DNA from: Octopus sinensis
Lineage: Eukaryota
Length of the DNA stretch: 64,000 bases
Reading direction: 5' to 3'
Assembly: GCF_006345805.1 (NCBI RefSeq)
Contig: NC_042998.1
Location: 104,718,001-104,782,000, forward strand
A program made the position numbers and the translations under genes. This document shows, in pieces, positions 12,897 through 27,240 of this stretch (position 1 is the first letter of the stretch; every line of letters begins with the position of its first letter). The notes below the pieces were generated by a model. It was given only the letters and a program-made list of their open reading frames with translations. It ran no database searches and had not been told where the DNA came from.

Positions 12897-13342
12897 CACG
12901 TGTCATCAGTATGTGATTAATGGTGCTTGTTGGCTATCCAGAAGTAGAATGCATGGCAACCTCCATCATTTATCTCATACCCCACTGCAAAGTAGGATCA
13001 GTTACGAATAATCCCTCTCTGGTGGCGACTGTTAGTGGACATACACACACGTACGCTGGAATTTTTATGCATACACAAAATCGTACATATATGAAAATAT
13101 GCATTTAATCATTCATTTGTTTATTTATTTTTTATCTATTTAATCTTATTGGTATGTTGGTGGTATGTTCTAATGTAGGGCACTGTAAAATAGTTGCTTA
13201 CATTTGCACGTTGACGCATTCGTATGTGTATTTCCTCAGTGCATTCAAAACATCCATTTACACGAGAGCCCACTGGTAGTGGTCTATATTACAGGTGTCG
13301 CTCCGCATCTTATAAAGAGCATTTATGTATCTATGTATTTAT

Positions 13343-13852
13343 TACATGGAAAATGCAAGCATGAAAAGTAATCTTCTTAAGATTATAAACCTGGAAAAGT
13401 ACAGGACAAGTTATTACACCATGAAAAGCATAGGAGAAGCTATTCTAATAAAGTAAAGAATAAGAAACTTTTTACTTAAAATATTGCAGCAAAGAATGCC
13501 AGTTTTCTTAATTTATCACTCTTTACAGTTATCATCTTTTAAATTTATTGTACAAAACTGTTCAGCTAATTTGTAAGCTTGTCTAATTAGTCACTATTTT
13601 CGGTATTTAAGGTAGTAAATTAGCCAAATTCTACTTAAATAAGTATAGCGTTATTTGTAAACTATAATAAATAAAGTTTTAATATTCAAATTTTAGTTTT
13701 AGCTGCAATATTTAAAAAAGTTTCTTATTCTTTACTTTACTAGAAGTAATAGCTACTCCTTTACTTTTCCAGGTGTAAAAACTTGCTCTGTACTTTTCCA
13801 GGTTTATAATCTTAAGAATATTACATTTCATGCTCGAATTTTTCCATGTAAT
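13343..13852. repeat. Imperfect foldback (MITE-like), arms ~13343-13490 and ~13695-13852
   Basis: Inverted similarity seen. Confidence 0.7.
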
Positions 13853-14595
13853 CCATGATTTTTCCAGGCATTGCTGTTATATGATAATTAATAAATGTGT
13901 CAATTAATAATTTAAGATTTTACCTTATAAAATACTGAAAGATAATATTTCAAATTTTCCATGTAAGTGATGATATCTCAATATTTTTTCATGTTTAATT
14001 TAAATATATGTTATGATTGAATTATTTGATGTAACCCATCCACACCAAATAAATGGCAGGGATTTTTACCATGTTGTTGGTTGCACCATGGCTCACCAAA
14101 AGTTACAACAAGACCCCAAAACCATCAGTTACCAGGCTCACCCTAAGTAACCTAATTTTGCAATATTGGGAGGACACAGGATTCATTCAACAAAAAAATT
14201 CCAATGATTCTTTAGAAATATGTAAACTTAAACAAATACATATACACACACAATGATCCAAACTGAAGTCATTAATTAGGTTATAGATAAGTGGGTAGCT
14301 TAATTTGTATATTCGTGCAGAACACAACTACTAATATAAATTCGTAAATTATTATACTAATAAAATCCGAAGTAAATTTAAATATTACGAACGTTCGCTG
14401 TTGAATAAGAATGCGAACTCATTTCTTCTATACTACTGAATTTTGTCAAAGAGTGGGAGTCTCACGGTTTATCAGTGACATTGCTCGAGGAAAGAAGATC
14501 AGAAAGTCTTTTGTAATGAACGATCAACAAATTGTAAAATTCTTCTTCGAAGATGCTTTTCTATTTTTGCACTTCGGTAATGTAGCAGTACTATA

Positions 14596-15611
14596 CGAGG
14601 TAGTATTAAAAAGTTCCCGGACTAATTCTGTAGCGCACCAACAGATGGCAGCAGACGGCTGCGTGCGCAACTTTCATGAGGTATTGTGCCAATGACATCG
14701 CTGTGTTTACTCTCTAACTCGTGAAATGTATGCTTTTCTAACCACGTGTATGCTGTAGTCTGCGATTTTGTCATGGACAATAATTTGGAGCAAAGAGCCA
14801 ACGTAAAATTTTACTTTAAGCTTAGACAGTGAACATGCTTCGGCAAGCTTATAGTGACAAAGCAATCGGTTGTACGCAATGTTTCGAGTGGCACGGGTGC
14901 TTCAAAAGCAGAACATCGTTGGAAAGCGATGAGCGATCTGGAAGAGCTGGCACGAGCTTAGTTCCCAGAAATGGGGAGAAAATTCACCAGCTTGTGCATG
15001 AGGACCATCGGAGGACAATCAACGGTATTGCTAATGTTGTTGATCTATTGTATAGGTCCGTGCAGGCAATACTAACGCCTGGAATCTTCAACCCGTCACC
15101 GAGCTTTCCTGTCACCGAACTTTTCTCATTCGTGAGTTTCGGTGCTGTCTTTTTGTCAAACGTCTTACCGTCCGACGTCTTTTTTTCCGATGATTTTTTT
15201 GTCCAAAGACAAATCCTATCGATAAAATTCTCAATGATTATTTGATTTTGATGTTCACCTTGTTTTCTAAAGAGTTTATTTAAAACTGGACAAAAATGCA
15301 TTGGACAAAACACAATGACTTCGGCCAACAGACGAAGACGAAGTGACGTTGAACAAAGTGACATCGGACGAAAAGTCGGGTCACGGTGTCGTTCTCACTA
15401 AAAACGTGGTATCGCTTCCGCATCCGCTCTGTCCGCCGGATTTAACAAGAGATAGAATTCCTGGTCGGATTCCAAAAGTGGTAGGAACACTAGGACCGGT
15501 GTATTGCTGCACAAGGTGACTATCTCAAAGGAGTAGATGTTAAAACTTAGGTAAATAAGTTATTTTTTTTATTAAACATAACTAGTCCGGGAACCCTTTG
15601 GTACTACCGCG
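14596..15611 (+). mobile_element. Internally deleted mariner element with an unrelated insert at ~15080-15475
   Basis: Imperfect TIRs (cgaggtagtattaaaaagttcccggacta / tagtccgggaaccctttggtactaccgcg), TA flanks, and transposase HTH fragment (EQRANVKFYFK...FEWHGCFK...DERSGR). Confidence 0.85.
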
Positions 15612-15724
15612 TATATTTAAATGTATACTTAATCTCCTTCACGCACTGAAAACGATTTATATTATTTAAATTGACACCCACTTATGCATTTACGCTGTGT
15701 GTGTGTGCGCGCGTGTGTATTATA

Positions 15725-15957
15725 TGGTGGCAAGTGGCTTAGTGGTCAGAGTTTTGCATTCATGATCGTAAAATTGAGGTTTCGAAACCTGGACTGGGTG
15801 ATGCGTTGTGTTCTTAAGCATAATACTTCGTGTCACGTTGCTCCAGCCCATTCAACTGGCAAATATGAGTTATCCTACGATGGACTAGCGACCCACCAGG
15901 AGGAGAATGTATACGCCTCAGATTCCAGGAAACCGGATTTATGACCCGATGGCTCTT
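15725..15957 (+). mobile_element. SINE family 4 (tRNA-like head)
   Basis: Related copy at ~49396-49610. Confidence 0.6.
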
Positions 15958-16415
15958 GAACATTGTAGGTTAAAACATGAACATTTATTAAATATGTTCA
16001 TGTTTTAATCTATGATATTAAATTTTATCTTAAATAGATATGAAAACCTTTATATTTTTCTTAAACTCAGTCAATGTTACATTTATCTTTGAATATTTCG
16101 CTCGGGGAAATATCTTCTCACCAATTATCAGCTATTATAAGATGGACTTCTCTATTGTAGACGACAAATGCTTCTTCAGCAAAGTTTTTACATCAAAACC
16201 CGCTCTGACCATTTGCTTTTGTGATCAAATGATTGTAATGTACATTATCTCACTCTCTCCTTCAAATTTACATTGCTTGTAGATCGCAGACCACATCGAG
16301 GTTATTATTATTGTAGTTCTGTATTCTGCCGTATTCTACTTAACGTCCAAAATGCCTAGCTACAGTCATTTGTACCATTAACTAATACAAAATAAACAGC
16401 ATACATGTTGTTTAA

Positions 16416-17516
16416 TCTCTCTATATATAAAAATGAGAATGTGTGTGTGTCTGTCTGTCTGTCTGTGTGTTTCCCTAAAACTTGAGAACTACACAACCAA
16501 TTTCATTCAAATTTTACACATGCCTTACTTAGGGTCCATGTAGTTTCATGGGCAAAAAAATGTTCAATTTCTTGCCTAGAGCGAGCCCATAGCAATATCA
16601 TATTTTCTCCACTATTTCAGTATTACATGTTAAAAGTGAAAAAAACATTTCTCTATTTTATGTCAGATGCTTTCACTTTAACAATAAAAATAATAATTAC
16701 AATTGAATTATATGTAGTAAGTAATAATTAAAATCAAACTAAAGTATAATATAATTGTAACATAAAAAAGTAAAAATAGCAATTGGTATAAAATTGCATC
16801 AATGATTTGAACTTGAATAAGTGGTTTCACATGAATAGGAATAAATTAAAAATAAAATTAGCGTGCAGAAATGGAATAGTCCAGATGGATAATAAACAAT
16901 TAAATTAAAGAAAAGACTATTGTCTATAAAGTATACAATGAATACTCAGGCGGTGCCCCAGCATGGCCACAGCTCATTAGCTGAAACTGGAAAAATCAAA
17001 AATCAAAAATGTAGAGAAAAAAGAAGATTTGAACACCTGGAGGAAAGCACATTCGAAAGTGTCTTGGTGCGACTGTGAAAGATATCTAATCAGAGGCGGT
17101 AAATTCGCCACAATAGAAGCAAGGTTCGAGTCAACGGAGCGTGCAAGGGAGTACTCGACTCGAACTTGCAAAGTGGAAATATTTTATTGTTAGCTTTATA
17201 CCTGGACGTAGGACGTCCCGGATAAAAATTTAAAATGTTCCCCCAGAAGTAGAGGTAGGCTGGATTGTAGCCACACTTCTATACAAGAGGGAGGACAAGA
17301 TACAATTGATCGAAATTACAAGAGACGGGCTAACAATTCCAGTCTCTTATATATTTTGAGTATTGTTATCCCTAGCGATATCAAGATATAACTTTGTATT
17401 TTGTATTTTATGTGTAGATGTATATATATAGATGCACATGTAATACGTACTCATATATATACACATACATACATGCACTAGCACTATGACCCGGCAACGA
17501 CTGGTCATAATGCTAG
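16416..17516 (+). mobile_element. Non-autonomous Helitron-like element
   Basis: A|TC 5' end (tctctctatatataaaaatgagaatgtgtg...), 3' hairpin atgacc...ggtcat then CTAG|T at 17513-17517. Confidence 0.6.
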
Positions 17517-17594
17517 TTAACGATAAAATCAAATTTTCTGAATAAAATTCAACTACCGTAATGATTGAAATACTCAAGTTTATTTTCAATATAA

Positions 17595-18295
17595 TTTATT
17601 AAGCATTGATGATATTTTCAAAACTATAAAAATATAAAAATTACAAGTTAGGTGTGTTGTTTCCTACAGAAATAAATTGCTTAGGTGTGATGTCATCTTT
17701 CGCTTATACATTTATTGACTGAACTTTGCACGCTAACACTTTGGTTATTTGAAACTCCATAAAGCGGGCCCAATTGTTTCATGCACAGCTCTTTAAGAAG
17801 TTATCATCATGCTACAAAGATTATTGCAGTTGTCATTGTATTTGAAAAAAAAACATTTAATGAAACTACTAAATTAATTGTTAACAATAACTGTTATGAT
17901 AACTCCGTACTGATATGAATTAGAAGCTGCTCGAGGTATTTAAACAAAATCGAACACACATGCACAAGGTGTGTATGTGCTGTTAGCTCGTGCGTTGGCT
18001 GCATTTTAGGCTTAAGGGAATATTATTCCCAATGCGCCAGGTGTTTTTACTTTCAGGTGTTTTTATCACCGGGCGTTTTCAGAATGTATTCCCTAGCAGC
18101 CGAACTACGAACTAACAACACACCCTGTGTATATGTGTTCGATTTTGTCCATGTCCTGAATACTCATATATATCTTCAATCCTGGTTTTTATTTACGTTC
18201 ACGCGCTCTGTGTATATCTTACAACTGATGTTAACTTGATTATTTGAACTCATATATATCTCTAGGTTCAAATATGGTACATCAACGTTTTCATA
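17595..18295 (-). other. Gene B 3' UTR with AATAAA at 17600-17595
   Basis: Homologous to the gene C 3' UTR (45633-46081), with the polyA signal conserved in position. Confidence 0.65.
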
Positions 18296-18303
18296 TCAGC
18301 AAC
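18296..18303 (-). CDS. Gene B terminal coding exon, (R)C*
   Basis: Polypyrimidine acceptor tttcttttctttaactcattag|gt tgc tga; paralogous to 46082-46092. Confidence 0.8.
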
Positions 18304-18949
18304 CTAATGAGTTAAAGAAAAGAAAAGAAATAAAGCATACTATTGACAGTGAAATAGATACTTCGGTTCAAACAATCAAATGAAAGGTATGAAATGAAAT
18401 AAATCACATATTAATGTAAAATATCTTTTTTTAAATATTTTAATAAAATGAAATAAAACAAAAACTTATCCATAGTTCTATCAAGAACAGAAATACGTGA
18501 GTAACAATCTTAACAAAATCAAGCATAACATTAACACGTGATTAATAATTAGTGACTTATGCTCGGATGAGATAGCAATGAAAACTTACCATTACCTATA
18601 TATCATCATTATGTTAATATTTCATCTTGGCAAGGCGTCGCGCAGGAAGAATCGTTAGCATGCCGAGTAAAATGCTTAGAGATATTTTGTCCAGTTTTAA
18701 GATTTGAGTTCAAATTCTGCCAGTCAACTTTGCCGCCCCTCCTTTCCGGCTCACTAAAACAAGTATCAGATGAGTACTGGAGTCGATGTAATCGACTTAC
18801 TCGCATCTCCGAAAATTTCTGGCTTTGAATCAAAATTCGAAACCAACATTTCCTCTAGGTTTAGGATCCTCATGCAAGCAGATCCAAATACTCGAATTAT
18901 GGAAAATGTAAGTATTAGTGAAGTACTTCATTCATCTTGATACTGAACA

Positions 18950-19346
18950 TTCTTTTCTAGTCTAGGTATAAGGCTCGAAAGTTTTGGGGAGGGAGCTAGT
19001 CGACTAATACGACTCCAGTACGTAACTGGTACTTAATTTATCGACCATGAAAGGATGAAAGACTAAGTCGACCTCGGGGGAATTTGAACTCAGAACGTAA
19101 AGACAGACGAAATACTTATTTCTTTACTACCCACAAGGGGCTAAACACAGAGAGGACAAACAAGGACAGACAAACGGATTAAGTCGATTACATCGACTCC
19201 AGTGCGTAAGTGGTACTTAATTTATCGAGCCCGAAATGATAAAATGCAAAGTCGATCTCGGCGGAATTTGAACTCAGAACGGAACGGCAGACGAAATACG
19301 GCTACGCATTTCGCTCGGCGTGCTAACGTTTCTGCCAGCTCGCCGC
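18950..19346 (-). mobile_element. SINE family 2 copy in the last intron of gene B
   Basis: Reverse complement of 4124-4575. Confidence 0.85.
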
Positions 19347-19849
19347 TTTCATAATACTGAATATTGATAAGAGACAGAAATTGATAAGCAGTTGTTAATT
19401 ATTCAAAATATAGGTATGGATGATTCTACATTATATTGAAAAGGATTTGTTAATTAAAAAATATTGGATTCGTTTTACGTCAGTATATTTCAGATTAAAC
19501 AGACAACAGCATATAAAGTTATCATGTCTGCAATTATCACAGAAGAAACGTTTCTTTTTAATGCCTTATGACCATAAAATATTTTAGTGGTGAAGAGCAT
19601 TATCTTAATGCATTTTCATTGAATATTAAACGACGGGTATATAGATACTTGCAAAATGAAATTAAGAAGGGAAAGAGGTTAATGTAAGTGATTTCCAGTC
19701 TTTAATATCATATCCAAAATCAGGACACTTTAAATCGAAGAAAGGCTTATCTAACATCCTTGCTGTTAGACACAAATTACAAATGTAATGCACTAAAGTA
19801 ATCCATTTCGTCATATATGTGGTTTGATCAATAAGTATCCGGACTGTTG

Positions 19850-20690
19850 CTATAGTAACAAAGCTAAAACACAGAGAGTAAAGCTGCATAGCACAAATTG
19901 ACTTTGAACTCTGCTGTACATGTACACTAAGTTTTAACGTTTTAGCTCACTTCTGCTATTTACAGAAGTGCTTAGAAGGAAGGTGTGTACTGCATGATCG
20001 TCGAATTGACCATGGCAGAGAAAGTTGAGCAGAGAATCTGCATCAAATTTTGCCAAAATTTTGTCGATACCTGCTCAGTGGCTTCCACAAAGTTTTCAAA
20101 ACGTTTTCATCGTTTTAGACACAACCAAGGAGAGCTTATGCAACTGAAACCCGAATGTCCTTTTGGTCAACTGAAAGCAGTTTTGGCACAGACTTGGCTG
20201 TCACGCGTCTAATACCCAAATCTTCAGTGATAATGGACTGGACTGAACCGTTACTAATCTGCACATCCTCTGATAACTCACGGATGTTGATTCGACGATT
20301 TCCCTCACAGCTACACACAGATCTGCGATGTTTTTCTCAGTTGTGCTGTTTGTGGGTCTCCCAAGACGTTCGTTAATAACGACATTTTCACTGCCATCTT
20401 GGAAATGACTGAACCGCTCGTACACTTGTGTGCGACTTATACACTCCACTTCATAACTTTCTGCAACTTTGCGTAGGCCTCTGAGCATGTATTGACACGA
20501 CAACTTTCTCTATCATGTTCAATGTGACGATCAAACGCTACACACCTTCCTTCCAAGCACTGCTTCAAACAGTGGAAGTGAGCTAGAATGTTAAAACTTA
20601 GTGTGCGTGCACAACAAAGTTCAAATTCAATCGGTGCCAAACGGTGTTACTGAGCGTCCTTTAGCTTCGTTACAATGTCAACAGTCCAGC
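19850..20690. mobile_element. Rearranged mariner remnants (+ at ~19985-20070, - at ~20130-20660)
   Basis: EQRICIKFC and SRTQVYE...ERLGRP...RRINIRELSE...LGIRRVTAKSVPKLL HTH motifs. Confidence 0.8.
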
Positions 20691-21070
20691 TACTTATTGA
20701 TCAAACCTTGCATGCCTAAAACGAAAATTTCTGATGCACTGATAAATAAATTCTCAGATAAATTAAACAGTCAATTTGTTTATACGAATTAAAGATATAA
20801 ACAAATAAACAACATAATTTATTTTTCAGCGTGTGCCGGGAATGCTTAAGAAACCATTAAACAGTTTTCTCAACTTTAACGTAAAAGAAATTCAGTTGCT
20901 TGCATTTTACAAATAATGACGTTATAATGATTATATTTTCTTTATTATTTCTTGTCTATATATCTATGATAGCACAATTTCTATTGAGCTGTAAAGGGAT
21001 TAATTGATTTTATTTAAATATATTTCGCTTGTATAATTAAATTAGAAAGAAGTAAAAGATTTTGACGTAC

Positions 21071-21184
21071 GTATTATTTTCTCCCAGTAATATTCTTTAT
21101 AGCTACTTTGGCATTTAAAAGAGATGCAGGAGCTTTCTTGATGTTGCCATCCTGGAGGATAACATTTGTTGTTCAAAATACAAC
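21071..21184 (-). CDS. Gene B module exon 6, (G)CILNNKCYPPGWQHQESSCISFKCQSSYKEYYWEKII(R)
   Basis: cctag|gt acceptor, c|gtacgt donor, 114 nt, phase 1-1, 4-Cys pattern. Confidence 0.85.
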
Positions 21185-21619
21185 CTAGGCAAAATAAATT
21201 TGTTACATTACAAAAGTGCTTTGCAATATTGTACAATTAATTTTATATACCTCGTATATGTAAACAATGCCATTGCTAATTAGATGTGTTTATGAATATT
21301 AAATATTCATAAATAAGTGTTAATTATTCAAAACATACGTATGGATGATTCTACATTAAATTTTTTAAATCCGTAAAATTAGTTCCAAAATCTTTAAAAT
21401 TAAAAATGAGTTTTCCACAAAAGTGAAAGATATAATTATGTTTTCATAATGCATTCGAATAAGAAATGTAATGGAATTAAAATGTTTCGAATACGTTGAC
21501 CACATTTACTTATATGAGTATGCAAATTATTTCATGTAACTAATGTATATATATAAGTTTAATAAATATTGCTTAAATTTCTATTGGCATATGGACTGAG
21601 CATATAAATTTAAGCTTAC

Positions 21620-21739
21620 CGGCTGCTTCAGTATAATGTCCAAATCCTTTCCCCATTCTGTCACAAATACTCACAACACATCCATCTTCAGATTTTATTC
21701 TCGTTCCAGCGTCCTGACAACTACCGTTTATTCTGCAAC
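21620..21739 (-). CDS. Gene B module exon 5, (G)CRINGSCQDAGTRIKSEDGCVVSICDRMGKGFGHYTEAA
   Basis: ttcacttcaag|gt acceptor, g|gtaagc donor, 120 nt, phase 1-1. Not in the ORF track. Confidence 0.88.
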
Positions 21740-23167
21740 CTTGAAGTGAAAAAAAATATTATTTCGTTGCATGAGTACTTGTGTCTATGAAATGTATATT
21801 CAATTATTTCGACTTAATCGTATTAATTGTGTATTGTCAGTGTATTAAAACCATGAAATATTAACTAAACTTTCAAATATGACTCGTAGCATAAAACTTA
21901 CATGTCGCATCGAAAGAAAGTTTATTTTAATACAAAATTAATACATTGTCTTACTGCTGTTTATATTGTTGCATGATTAATTTGAGCATTTTATTCAAAA
22001 GTTGGATTTTCTTATATATTTTAAATGAAAGTATCTCATCAGGGCGCTTTATATGTTAGTACTATATCATATAAGTACTCTATTTGGCAATGTGCACTAT
22101 CACTTGAAATATAATGTAGGATATGTATTTTTAAAAACACATTTTAATCTTGTTGTGAAGAGGAAGCAAAGTCCTCACACTACATATTTTATCGCACCAC
22201 AGATTGAAAAATGGAATTGTTTTGATTAGTTTGTACTCTTCTATACATCAAGAATTATCATCTTTTAGTACTTTATAGACTACAGCAACTACGTCTATGT
22301 TTAGCTATATGTTTCCACCGAACCAACCATGGTTAATTACATTTACGATGCTGAGAATGATTAGAGAATGCTTATGTAACATGGTGAAGAAAAAATATGC
22401 GAGAATTACTTTAAAAAGTACCGCTGTTATCCGGTATTCTTACTTTTGTTTACACCATCACCGATTTCTGACTGAGACAACTACACGCACACATACAAAC
22501 ACACTAGCACACAGGCGTGTGTATCCATATCCACGCCTGTCTTTGACGTTCAAGTATTTCTCTTAATCAGTTAAATTCCGTAATAGGTCTAAGAAGTATA
22601 TCAGGTGAATGACGACCGAATTGTTGAAGAATGCAAAGACTGCTTCATTTAGGATTGACGACAATCTGTATTACTCAGTTCCTCATTAATTATCGGGTAT
22701 TTCAACATGGTTACAAAAATCCACCTTTTATCTGGAATATGGGAAATTTTGTCTCTAACTTCACTTATATAGTACTTCATATTAGATGCAAGAGCATAGA
22801 AGTTTTCGATGAATTATCCAGTATATTATATTCCCATACTTAAAGTAAGTTATCTATATTGACTATACACCTTTGAAAATTATTAGTATTGTGCAGTACA
22901 ATTTCAATAAAATTAATAATGCGGTTTTACTTGCATCAATAGGCTGTATTTGCACTAATTTTAGAAACACTGTTCTGTTACGAATTAACAATTGCATTCT
23001 AAACGTTTTATAATTATTGAGTGAAATATATATCACGAAATAACATTCCGCTTTCAATATGAAATTGATCTCTGTTGGCGTATAAACTGTAATATTTTGC
23101 TGTTCATAAAATACATACTTGAGTATCTTATATAAGGGACATTTTGTAAAAAGATTCACAAACTTAC

Positions 23168-23287
23168 CAGTGCGATTAGTGTAAACTTGATATCCATTCT
23201 GGTCCATTTTACAAATTCTTTCAGCACAAAGATTTTCTGAATATACTTTCTCTCCAACCTTCCGACAAGCACTGTCTATTAAACAAC
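23168..23287 (-). CDS. Gene B module exon 4, (G)CLIDSACRKVGEKVYSENLCAERICKMDQNGYQVYTNRT
   Basis: tttttacattaag|gt acceptor, g|gtaagt donor, 120 nt, phase 1-1. Confidence 0.88.
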
Positions 23288-24885
23288 CTTAATGTAAAAA
23301 ACAGTTTTCTTTTATTTCAAGAAATGTGAATTGCCTCTTGTCAGTATATTTATACCTAAGCAATATTAACGACTCTTCCAAAAACGAGTATTCCTTAAAG
23401 ATTTTGTCACACTTCAAACATAATGAGTTAGTCAATAAACTAATTCTACTAATTGTAATACTAAATATGCAAGGCATTTTGTTTATGTTTAATGAAGGCA
23501 GAAGCAAAAGGATTTATTTATAGATAATTAGAGATTGTTACATGATTAATTAAATATACTATAATATTCAAAATCAATTTTCTAATATATATCTTTGCTG
23601 AAAGCGTCATATTAGAATTCTCTATGCGTTTGAAATGCGTCATAGTGTAATATAATTTGAAATATATTAGATGATATACATTTTTAGACACCTATTTTAG
23701 TTTCCAAAGGAAAAGAAAATCAAGAAATTGCAGTATCCAATTTTATTTCACATTTTATCTCTCCCTAGTCGGAAGATATGGTATCAATATGATTAATTTT
23801 AATGATTACTTAATGGTTACTCAATGAGTATTTTATAATTACTTAAAACTTACATAAAAATGAAAACACATCTTGTGTTCGTAGGAATATTTATAAAATG
23901 TGCAGAAACAGGACCTAAACCGAGCTACTCAGTCAAATTTCAAACGTTGGCAACGTGGAAGGATTCATTTATTCCTAAGACAGTACATAGTGTTGGCGGG
24001 TAGATTGAATTATAATGTATGGTACACTTTTTTTGTTAAACATACAATGATATATCTGTCCAGAAAATCAAACAAATTAGTTACACGATAGTTTTTAATA
24101 TCTCAATGGGAAGAAAAACCAGATCGATCAGATTAATTTCTACTACAGTCTCTTAAATCGAAACCCCTTACTCTCTAATCGAAACTCAAGATGTAAGAAC
24201 AACTCTGCATGTGAATATCGATCTTGAACACCGCAAATTATCATAAAATTAATTACAAAATTACACTCGAGATTAATTCAGAGAAATGATATAGATAGAA
24301 GATTCATACTAAGCATCTTATAGTAATTACTATCGTCACTTTACTCTTAAGCTTCAAATCGAGCCGGAATTTTTGTGATTACCCTGACAAACAAATCTAC
24401 AATATATTTATCAATGATCCAAGTTATGATACTGTCGCTTATAAATTGCCTCTTGAAAAAAATAAAATCGATGATCATCACATTTGTATTGTCTAAAATA
24501 TTTGATTCTTTCACATTTTCATTTGCCTAAAAATATTCTTCTAAAATAGTGTTTTTCCATAGTATGACAATGTTGTTGCTAATTAAAGATATATTGAGGT
24601 TTGAAGAATGATTAGTAGTGATCATGATACTCTTTCTATTTTCATTTATTCAACGATCCTCTTAACCGATTTATAAATGGAGACGACAATACATACAATA
24701 TTACAACATTCAATTTGTGTATTTTAACGCCAATACATGCGTGTTTTTTACCGCGACAAAATTATTCAAGGAAAGCATTTCTGAAATTAATAGATATTGT
24801 TAAAATATTTACATTTGTTATTTTAATTTAAATATTGAATGCAGTTGAACATTTTCAACAACAAGTATCAATATCTGTAACTTAC

Positions 24886-25008
24886 CATCAAGCTTTCCTC
24901 GCCATCCAATATACGATGGATACATATGTATGCAATGTATAGAATAACAAGGGTTTCTTGTTTGTATTTTCGTGCCAATACTGTGACATACACGATTCAG
25001 TAAACAAC
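24886..25008 (-). CDS. Gene B module exon 3, (G)CLLNRVCHSIGTKIQTRNPCYSIHCIHMYPSYIGWRGKLD
   Basis: ttttgtttgtag|gt acceptor, g|gtaagt donor, 123 nt, phase 1-1. Confidence 0.88.
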
Positions 25009-25196
25009 CTACAAACAAAAAATAATTACGATAAATGTGGGAGAAACTACTCAGTTATGTCAAGATATTGTCCCCATAACAACAATACGATATTTACTCA
25101 GGTATGCACAGAGCTAAAATTTCAGTGACGTTTACTTCTTAAAGCGTCTTATGTTTTTGCATACCTGAAAATTTGTTTCATATCTCTGAAATTTGC

Positions 25197-25230
25197 ATAC
25201 ATACATACATACATACATACATACATACAT

Positions 25231-25284
<54 letters not shown>

Positions 25285-25295
25285 CGACAGACAGA
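25197..25295. repeat. Compound (ATAC)n(AGAC)n microsatellite
   Basis: Direct inspection. Confidence 0.95.
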
Positions 25296-27240
25296 CGTAC
25301 GTACGTGCGTGCGTGGGTACGTACGTAATTGCGATCATACATGCATGCATGCATACATACATACATGTGTGTGTGTGAGTGTGTATTACTGGTCTATGAC
25401 ATTGCTAACTGGATGGCTTCTCATAAATTATCCCGGGTATCGAAGGTATAATGATATGTTAAATAAAGTATACCAATAAATATATCCCAAGTCTATTTTT
25501 CTGGCGTATTACATATATTACAGCAATAATAATTTTATTTCATGTCGAACTATATAGAAAAATACAATTAATTTGATAATTCCAGTACATTTTAATCATT
25601 TGAAATAAATTTTGTTTCAATATATGGTCAAATTCATTGAAAAAACGTGAAAATTTGATATAAACCACTCTAATGGTTATACATCTAATCATATTGTAAT
25701 GCAATTTACCATATTTAATTGCAGTCGTTTCCCCATGAAAATGTCTTTAAAAAATCAATCTGTGTCCTGCATGCGAATTTGTGCTCATATTACATGCCTT
25801 AATTCACTAAAAGTATTTTTCCTGAATATGCACTGCTGAAATTGGGGTGCGACTAATATGCCTGAGCGTTTTTTACGCCATCAAATCTCTAAGAAAACGA
25901 AAATCCTTGATAATTATCAAAATATTCCTGTTTCAAGATATAGAGAAGTTTTGCGATGTTTGCAAAGCACATCAAATCTGTGTACAAAGAAAGCAATTAA
26001 ACTACATTATACTTATTACTATTACATTTGCACAATATTCGAGTAGCTTTCTCAAAAAAAGTTTGCTACCTTATTGGTACCTCTTTAACTTTTGTTATGT
26101 TACCTTATGGTATTTCAACAGAAGACTGGTGACTAATTATTTGCATCGAAGTTCTTCATCAATGTTCAACAACGAAAGAATATTATAAACATTTATATAC
26201 ATAATACTATTGATAGTGAAGTATTTCAGCATTAAACAATATTGTACATAAAATATCCTATGTATTAACAGTGAATTACAATTGAATTATGGCGGAAATT
26301 ACCTGGCTTGTAATAGCATTGAATTGTTATCGCCCATGCAAGCTTGGGTATATTGTATCCTTATGTTCTTATTTATGTATCTACACATTTTTTATAATGA
26401 AAACGCTTTATCATTCTTCATCAGAATATATTTCTAAATAAATAACTGTTAAATTTAATTATACCTTTAAATCAGAAAATTCTGTTTGGAATCTAACATC
26501 TGATTAAATTCAATTAAAATAAAAGGAATTTTTATTACTATATAAGTAAGAGAAATCTTTAGAGCATTGGAAAAATTCTTTATGGTAATCAGTTATTATT
26601 AGTTACGGATATTACTTTCTTATTTTTAAAAATATCAAAGCCAATTTAACATTTCGCTTCGTAAGAATCGATAAAATACATTATAGTCAAGCACTAAGTT
26701 CGTTTTAATCAACTCTGCACGTCTTTATCTAGCTTATTGCATCATCTTTCATTTGTCGGAATATAAATCACAAGGAAAAGTAGTGCTTAAAAAACATTTA
26801 ATTTAAATACAAGAAACTTGCAACGTAAGAAAATTCCTATGTATTACATGTCTGATAAATGTTGTGAATGTCAAAAGAAAATATTGAATCCCATACGTTA
26901 CGTAAATAAAATAGAAAATAGAGTTTTATTTTAGAGACGTATCACTATAAATGTATACATTTCACTTACTGCATATTGATATTGTTGTTTAACTACTGGC
27001 AAACACTGCTCGAACATAATTATGATTAACGATATTGCATTAGTAATCATTTCATAATTTTACTTATCGAAGAATAAACTGACAAATCGTCCTTCATTTT
27101 TTTATAAACTTATCTGCCATTTTTTGTCCCTAATTAGCTACGTATTCTATTGTTACGACGGTACTGAATAATAGATTTTATTCATATTTAATTATTCAAC
27201 TTTTAAATCTTCAATAGAGTAAAAGTATATTGTAACCTAC

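Noticed and set aside
26303-26360. Possible phase-1 exon GYNIPKLAWAITIQCYYKP
   Set aside because: Purine-rich acceptor, one Cys and no module pattern.
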